Source of the DNA: Candidatus Bathyarchaeota archaeon
Lineage (GTDB): Archaea; Thermoproteota; Bathyarchaeia; Bathyarchaeales; Bathycorpusculaceae
DNA: 64,000 nt
Reading direction: 5' to 3'
Assembly: GCA_963832745.1 (NCBI GenBank)
Contig: CAWHVC010000003.1
Location: 512,001-576,000, forward strand
Both the position numbers and the translations under genes were made by a program. Shown here in pieces: positions 58,655 to 64,000 of this stretch. How positions within the stretch are numbered: position 1 is the first letter of the stretch; each line of letters begins with the position of its first letter. The notes below the pieces were generated by a model, which was not told the origin of the DNA, did not search any database, and saw nothing but the letters and a program-made list of their open reading frames with translations.

Positions 58655-59625
58655 TCGTTTCTCCGCGCTATCTCATCTAGCGCTAAAACCTGCCGCGGCT
58701 CGTACACGACTAAACCCTGTGCTATTTTGCGGATTTTCGGTAAGAGTTCAATTAGGCAATCCTTTTCGATAACGGTGTTTACGCTAACCCATTCTTCGTT
58801 TGCAAGCGGCGAAATTGTTGGGTTCTTTAGTGCCGGTAGCTCGGTAAGCAAGGTTTGCAGGTTAGCTTTTTTGACATTTACAAAAATGTGTATGCGTTTC
58901 TGTCCGTCTACGACGCCTTTTAGTAATGCAACGATGTCGAAGATTTTTTCGCGTTTCTCTGGGTCTTCAAGGGCTTTCTTGTTAGCAATCAATGTGGCTG
59001 CTGACCGTAGGACTGTGTCGATTATTTTTAGGTTGTTTGCTTCAAGAGTTGTGCCTGTTTCGGTTACGTCCATGATGCAGTCTGAGTTTTCTGGCGGTTT
59101 TGCTTCGGTTGCGCCGAATGAGAGAAAGATTTTTGCTTTTGTGTTCTCGCCTTTTTTCCACCATGGTGTGACTAACATTGGGTCGGTGTCGCCGAAACGT
59201 TTCTTATAGTTTGGTTGTGCTTTGAGGTAATCGGAGGCAATGTTTAGGTATTCAGTGCTGACACGGAAGTTTTTGCCTTGGCTCCAAATGTACTCCATGT
59301 ACTCGTTCATGTCTTTCTGGGCAACACTTTTAGGAACAGCTATGACTAAGCGGATTTTTCCGTACTCAAGATTCTGGAGAATTTCTACGTCTGCACGGTT
59401 TTCTTTTACCCAATCCTCGCCAGTGATGCCTATGTCTTGTAGGCCTTCGCTTACAAACACTGGAATTTCTTGGGGTCTAAGAACCTTAATTTCAATTTGT
59501 GGGTCGTTTATTGCTGGACGATATGTACGGTCCATTGAGCCGAGTTTGAATCCTGATTTGTCGAAGAAGTCAGAGGTTGCTTTTTGTAGGGAACCTTTTG
59601 GGATGGCAAATTTTATTTTATCCAT
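58633..59625 (-). CDS. hisG: ATP phosphoribosyltransferase, long form
   Basis: AIPKGSL, RPQEIP, DIGITGED, GATE, DVTETGTTL, C-terminal regulatory domain PTISPL. Confidence 0.95.
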   Translation of the reverse strand: MDKIKFAIPKGSLQKATSDFFDKSGFKLGSMDRTYRPAINDPQIEIKVLRPQEIPVFVSEGLQDIGITGEDWVKENRADVEILQNLEYGKIRLVIAVPKSVAQKDMNEYMEYIWSQGKNFRVSTEYLNIASDYLKAQPNYKKRFGDTDPMLVTPWWKKGENTKAKIFLSFGATEAKPPENSDCIMDVTETGTTLEANNLKIIDTVLRSAATLIANKKALEDPEKREKIFDIVALLKGVVDGQKRIHIFVNVKKANLQTLLTELPALKNPTISPLANEEWVSVNTVIEKDCLIELLPKIRKIAQGLVVYEPRQVLALDEIARRNECKCKPE

Positions 59626-59899
59626 AAATTTTTTTCTCCTAAATTTTTAGAGATTACTCTAAATGTTTTTTTGTTTTGTGACAAAATATTTCTGGAAAAG
59701 ATTGCGCCTAATTCTAAATAAGAAATCGATAAACTGTTTATGCGGGGGTTTCTGCTTTTAAGCTGAATGAAGGCAATCGCCTTGTATGAACGCAATCCCT
59801 CATCGTATATCACTGAGTGACACCTTAGCAGGTTTCTTGCATATAAACCTGTTTCCAGAATATTTAACTATTCAAAAAAGGATTGGCGGTCTATCACGT

Positions 59900-60463
59900 T
59901 TAAGCGGTGGGTTTTATTTCGAAAACAAGCGGCGGAACAGAATTTTTAGTTTCCAGCTTTATTCCAAATAGACCTTCCATTATGCCTTCCCAGAGTGGTG
60001 CATCATTAAGAAAGGGAGTCTTAAGCAGCAGATACTTGTCTTTAAGATAAAAATCGCCAAAACCTTGTACACGCAGTCTATTGAAAACTGCTTCCCAATT
60101 TTCCTGTTTAGATGAGTCAACACCAAGGGTTGTTTCCATTGAAACTTTGAGGGCGTCGCCCATTTTTTTGCCGATGTCGTGCCATTTTTCGTTTGGAATG
60201 TTTTTAATTAAAATATTGATTAATTCTACGTTCACAAATGCGATTCTGCTTATGCCGCAGTAGTATTCTCCTGGAAAATGCCAGTCATAAATCATCATGC
60301 TGCGGTAGACATCAAGCATTTTGGAGATTAACGGTTTGATTCCTGGTTCTTTGCCTTCTCTGATTAGGGTGTCAATGAAGTCGCGTTCATCCTTTTCGAG
60401 AATGATTGTTGTTCTTTTTGTTTCATCGCTGGTTTGCTCTTGCTTTTTCTTGCTTGACGGCAT
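59900..60463 (-). CDS. putative regulator: RHH-like N-terminus plus V4R/H-NOX-like small-ligand domain
   Basis: KRTTIIL beta-strand then two helices; C-terminal IGKKMG...L...GFG...EGIMEGLFG pattern. Confidence 0.6.
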   Translation of the reverse strand: MPSSKKKQEQTSDETKRTTIILEKDERDFIDTLIREGKEPGIKPLISKMLDVYRSMMIYDWHFPGEYYCGISRIAFVNVELINILIKNIPNEKWHDIGKKMGDALKVSMETTLGVDSSKQENWEAVFNRLRVQGFGDFYLKDKYLLLKTPFLNDAPLWEGIMEGLFGIKLETKNSVPPLVFEIKPTA

Positions 60464-60580
60464 ACCTGTTATTGCCTAAGTCATACCTAATATGCTTTAC
60501 GCATTTTTGGGTAACAAAATCTTGACTCCGTATGTTCTCATAAAGAATACTTAATAAAATACGCGATGCCTTAACAGGGC

Positions 60581-60635
60581 GCCGATGAAGAATCTAAACT
60601 GCTGATTTGATGATGCACCCTAGGGTATCTGAGGC
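60581..60635 (+). ncRNA. box C/D methylation-guide sRNA
   Basis: GCC/GGC terminal stem; C-like ATGAAGA 60585; D' CTGA 60602; C' TTGATGA 60607; D CTGA 60629; TATA-like at ~60550. Confidence 0.75.
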
Positions 60636-60651
60636 AAAAGTCAAGACACCA

Positions 60652-60864
60652 TCAAATTATCACTTTTTTCCTGACAAGGTAAATTAAGTCAAACGCTCCG
60701 ACGAGAAAAACTACGAAACCCACACTTACTGCGGCTGCGTTTCCGACTTTAAGTGCCTCATTAAGAATCAAGGGCAAATAGGTTGGTCCAGCAAAAATAA
60801 AAACTGCTGCAATTATAATAAGAAAAACACGTAGAAATTTAGAGTTAATTTGGTCTTGAGACAT
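60652..60864 (-). CDS. small two-TM membrane protein
   Basis: Two hydrophobic helices, IFAGPTY. Confidence 0.65.
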   Translation of the reverse strand: MSQDQINSKFLRVFLIIIAAVFIFAGPTYLPLILNEALKVGNAAAVSVGFVVFLVGAFDLIYLVRKKVII

Positions 60865-60884
60865 TTAGAACACCACCAAAACAA

Positions 60885-61553
60885 TCACTGTTCTGGTGTA
60901 ATGTCTTCTTTTAGCCCCTCTTTTATTTCTTTCCCCAAGGCCTTCATGAGGAACTTAAAAACCAAAAAGCCTGCTTCACGGTCCGCCTTAAACCCTAAAG
61001 TTGTACCCAAAAGGCAAACCCCGTCAAGGTTACGTTCCTTGGCAAGTGCTAAAGTTAAACCTGTGCCACCGACAATTCTGCCTTTACTGTAAATAACTCC
61101 GCCTTTCTCCATGAAATCTGTTGCCAACCGGTTCGAGGTTGCAGCAATGAAAACTTCGGTTTTATCTTCCGTAATTGGCACGCCGCCCATTGTTACGATA
61201 AATTTGCAGCCTAAGGATTCAGCAAAATTCAAAACTTCTTCGCAAACCGTGTAATGCGCAACTACGTCATCGAATGAAGGTTGAATTTCGCCGCTCATGA
61301 TGATGAGGTTATTTTTTTCCATTGGTGCATAATAGAAATCGTATTTTGGCAGATGCGCAACTCCTTTCGAGGTTATTGAGATGTAATCGGGAAATGATGG
61401 TGAATAGAGTTCTGCGAATGGTTTGGCTTCAAAAAACTTTACCAGCAAATGCGCTGCGATTCTGCCGACGTTTCCGAAACCTGGAAGCCCCTGAACAAAG
61501 ATTGGGTTCTCAAGTGGAGGGTTTGAAAGTTGACGTAAATATGGTTTATCCAT
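60885..61553 (-). CDS. PAC2 family proteasome-assembly-chaperone-like protein
   Basis: GLPGFGNVGRIAA, YSPSFP, GEIQP, TMGG, IVGGTG. Confidence 0.88.
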   Translation of the reverse strand: MDKPYLRQLSNPPLENPIFVQGLPGFGNVGRIAAHLLVKFFEAKPFAELYSPSFPDYISITSKGVAHLPKYDFYYAPMEKNNLIIMSGEIQPSFDDVVAHYTVCEEVLNFAESLGCKFIVTMGGVPITEDKTEVFIAATSNRLATDFMEKGGVIYSKGRIVGGTGLTLALAKERNLDGVCLLGTTLGFKADREAGFLVFKFLMKALGKEIKEGLKEDITPEQ

Positions 61554-61684
61554 TGCAACTGCCTAGCACAACTAAATATTTTCCATACTAAAATGCTTTT
61601 GCCGCAATGCAGAAACGAAACTATTAATACCTGACAACTAAGTTTAATAGACTGCAAAAACAGAAAACTGTTTGAACCACTCGT

Positions 61685-61763
61685 AGCGGGGTGGGGTAGC
61701 CAGGATTAACCCGCTGGGCTCATAACCCAGAGATCGATAGTTCAAATCTATTCCCCGCTACCA
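61685..61763 (+). tRNA. initiator tRNA-Met (CAT), CCA encoded
   Basis: A1-U72 pair, three G-C pairs at the end of the anticodon stem (CTGGG-CTCATAA-CCCAG), TTCAAAT T-loop. Confidence 0.94.
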
Positions 61764-62405
61764 AACAATTTCTAAAAATTGATTTTAAGCTAAAAAACGG
61801 GTGTTTTTGTTTGTTGGTTTTCCAAACATTTCCGTATTTCGAGGAGAAAGGAGAAGGTTTCGAAAACGGTAACTAATTTTGCAGGCTTGTCTGGAAAGCT
61901 TTCAACCGTTAACACCATTTTTCTGCCTTGAATACTATGGGTTCTGGTTTTGTTATAATAAGCTTGTTAACTTTTGATAATTAGTTGCCCTCTTCGTATG
62001 GCAATATAGACTACATGTTTTTACAATAAATGAATGAAAGCCATAGACTTGTGCTATAGCCTTCATTTTTCGAGTTTTCTCTCTTCCACCTTACCGTTAA
62101 GTCTGGTTTGAATGTAGTTTTTATCATAATCGCCATCGGTTGACCCTGTAGGTTAACAAGCCTTCTTTATATTCTACATATTTTATGTGTGCAAGTTTTA
62201 TTTCCTAAAAGAGCACCTATAGATTTTGTAAATAGCTTGGCGGCTACCTTACATCTAGTTCCGATGCTTTGGCAGGCTAGTTGGCAAACTGCAAATGACA
62301 CCTCTGCAGAAAACTTTTGCTAACGGCCTGTCAAGGCGTTGCTTTGTGTTTAGTGTTTATTTACTAGCGAACCTAACTCTTGGGTTAACCACAAGTGCCC
62401 TTTCA

Positions 62406-63251
62406 ATGTCAAAATACAAGGCTTTACCTATTTCAACAGGATTTTGGAAACCCAAAGATGATTACCTAACTTGCATTCTTAAGGCTATAGCAGGCAAAAC
62501 AGTCGATGGCGATTTCATCGTGGTTTCTGAGAAAGCCATCTCAACCGCCTTAGGCAACATAGCTGATGAAAGCAAAGTCACTGCTGGCGTTAACGCCAAG
62601 TTTCTCGCAGGGTTTTGGATGCGTACTCTTTGGGGTTACCCTTTGGGTGTATTGTGTCATTTTGGGCAGCGACTGCTTTCACGACTACGACAGTACCCTG
62701 TCGAGTCAGGACCAAGACATAAACAGGTGGCTTTGGAGTATGCCGGGTTGGGACAGGCGCTCATGTTTGGTTCTGAAGGCGCTATTGACGGTTCAAATCT
62801 GCCGTATTCACTGGTTAGTTTGCCTTTAAAAGACTCCCAAATGGTTGCAGAGCAAATTCAGGGGGAAATCGGTTCTAGATTGGGTAAACAGGTCTGTGTT
62901 GTAATTGTTGATACTGATAAAACCTACCGATTTGGTAACTTTTATTTTACCCCTCGTCCTCGCCCTCTAAAAGGTATCCAATCGTTTAGTCGTTTTGCTT
63001 TGTTGGCGTATGTTGGGGGTAAATTTTTGAGGTTGCGGAAGAGTTCTACGCCGCTTGCTGTTGCGGGTTGCAGGTTGGAAGCGGTGGAGGCTTTGAAGAT
63101 TGCTAACATTGCTGATCGTGCTCGGGGTGCTGGGTCGGGGGCGACGGTGTGGGATATGGCTTCCCGGTTTCATGTGCAGGTTAACGGTGTCACGTGGGGC
63201 ATGTTGAGTCAGATTGAACATAAACCCATAGTTGTTATTAGAAAGACATAA
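62406..63251 (+). CDS. coenzyme F420-0:gamma-glutamyl ligase-like (CofE/DUF129) protein
   Basis: DFIVVSEKAIS, IDGSN, IVDTD, GAGSG, PIVVIR. Start placed at MSKYK (frame open from 62295). Confidence 0.75.
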   Translation: MSKYKALPISTGFWKPKDDYLTCILKAIAGKTVDGDFIVVSEKAISTALGNIADESKVTAGVNAKFLAGFWMRTLWGYPLGVLCHFGQRLLSRLRQYPVESGPRHKQVALEYAGLGQALMFGSEGAIDGSNLPYSLVSLPLKDSQMVAEQIQGEIGSRLGKQVCVVIVDTDKTYRFGNFYFTPRPRPLKGIQSFSRFALLAYVGGKFLRLRKSSTPLAVAGCRLEAVEALKIANIADRARGAGSGATVWDMASRFHVQVNGVTWGMLSQIEHKPIVVIRKT

Positions 63252-63372
63252 CGATGCAATGATGTGCTGGATAATTATTGGAAGATTCAACATTGTTTGT
63301 GCTAGAATTGTTTTTTGCATAGTAAGACATAAAAATGGGACTCTTGACTTTTAGCAAAGACCGGGATTCACC

Positions 63373-64000
63373 ATGGAAGAAGCAATACAAAAATTAGATG
63401 CGTTCTTTAATCCTCGCTCAGTAGCAGTCATTGGCGCGACAAAGAAAGAAGGAAAAGCAGGTGCAGTTATTTTCAAAAACTTCGCCACAAATAAGCTACG
63501 AGGAGTTTTTAAAGGCGAACTTTACCCAATTAATCCAAAAGAGGAAGAAATTTTAGGATTCAAATGTTATGAGACATTAAGCAAAGTCCCAGGCGATGTG
63601 GATTTAGTCGTTGTTATTGTTCCCTCAGGTGCCGTTGCAGGCGTTTTAGAGGAAGCCGGCGGCAAAAATACTAAGGCAGCAGTTATTATCAGTGCTGGTT
63701 TTAAAGAAGTTGGGAACCATGCAGCTGAAGATGAAGTTGTAGCAGTGGCCAAAAAGCATGGTATACGTGTGCTTGGTCCTAACTGTCTTGGTGTCTTTTA
63801 TGCTAAAACAGGTGTGGACAGCCTCTTTTTGCCTGAAATTAAGAAATTGTCAACAGGCAAAGAAGTTGTTGCTACTCCACGTCCAATGTCTGGAAACATT
63901 GCAATGATTACTCAAAGCGGCGCTTTTGGTAGTGCAGCGCTTGATTATCTGACAGGTCGCCAGATGGGTGTCTCTAAATTTGTTAGTTTCGGTAACAAAT
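63373..64000 (+). CDS. ADP-forming acyl/acetate-CoA ligase alpha-subunit type protein; 3' end truncated by the window
   Basis: MEEAIQKLDAFFNPRSVAVIGAT, YPINPK, ISAGFKE, LGPNCLG, TQSGA, SFGNK. Confidence 0.88.
   Translation, partial: MEEAIQKLDAFFNPRSVAVIGATKKEGKAGAVIFKNFATNKLRGVFKGELYPINPKEEEILGFKCYETLSKVPGDVDLVVVIVPSGAVAGVLEEAGGKNTKAAVIISAGFKEVGNHAAEDEVVAVAKKHGIRVLGPNCLGVFYAKTGVDSLFLPEIKKLSTGKEVVATPRPMSGNIAMITQSGAFGSAALDYLTGRQMGVSKFVSFGNK

Noticed and set aside
6660-59650. Numerous antisense or alternative-frame ORFs in the track (e.g. 6660-7130, 18353-18760, 35086-35571, 58571-59209)
   Set aside because: They are shadows of well-supported genes and carry no recognisable motifs
59613-59813. 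66-aa ORF upstream of hisG as a His attenuator peptide
   Set aside because: No His codons and no terminator/antiterminator pair evident
61764-62400. Possible integrated-element remnant after initiator tRNA-Met
   Set aside because: No duplicated tRNA 3' end or integrase fragment; only short ORFs without motifs
1-64000. CRISPR array, transposase, integrase or reverse transcriptase
   Set aside because: No regularly spaced repeats and no ORF with the relevant motifs were seen

Overview
Archaeal chromosomal window, most consistent with Bathyarchaeia (inferred from the archaeal translation and transcription genes, class I LysRS, a Fae-Hps fusion, Spt4/Rpo7 and two paralogous large secreted PQQ-like beta-propeller proteins). 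Core content: ahcY, pyrE, rpl3-rpl4-rpl23-rpl2-rps19, the rps6e-eIF2g-PIN-rpo7-spt4-DUF359-rps24e-rps27ae cluster, glgP, tmk, lysS and a hisGDCBHAFI operon (hisD frameshifted, no hisE). There are three intronless tRNAs (Glu-TTC, Arg-GCG, iMet-CAT) and one box C/D sRNA. No CRISPR array, transposase or integrase was seen. Strongest leads: (1) a Fae-Hps enzyme with an extra N-terminal HTH whose promoter and 5' coding region carry six TGTCGG boxes, a candidate formaldehyde-handling enzyme that regulates its own gene; (2) a dispersed ~60-70 bp element of 11-bp-phased CCTAWTWGG units about 70 bp upstream of three unrelated genes, one of them a membrane-anchored wHTH, suggesting a regulon; (3) a PadR-TRASH regulator with a perfect 22-bp palindrome, divergent from a flavoprotein/Zn-ribbon/SPFH cluster. 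All product calls come from motif recognition by eye; no database searches were run.
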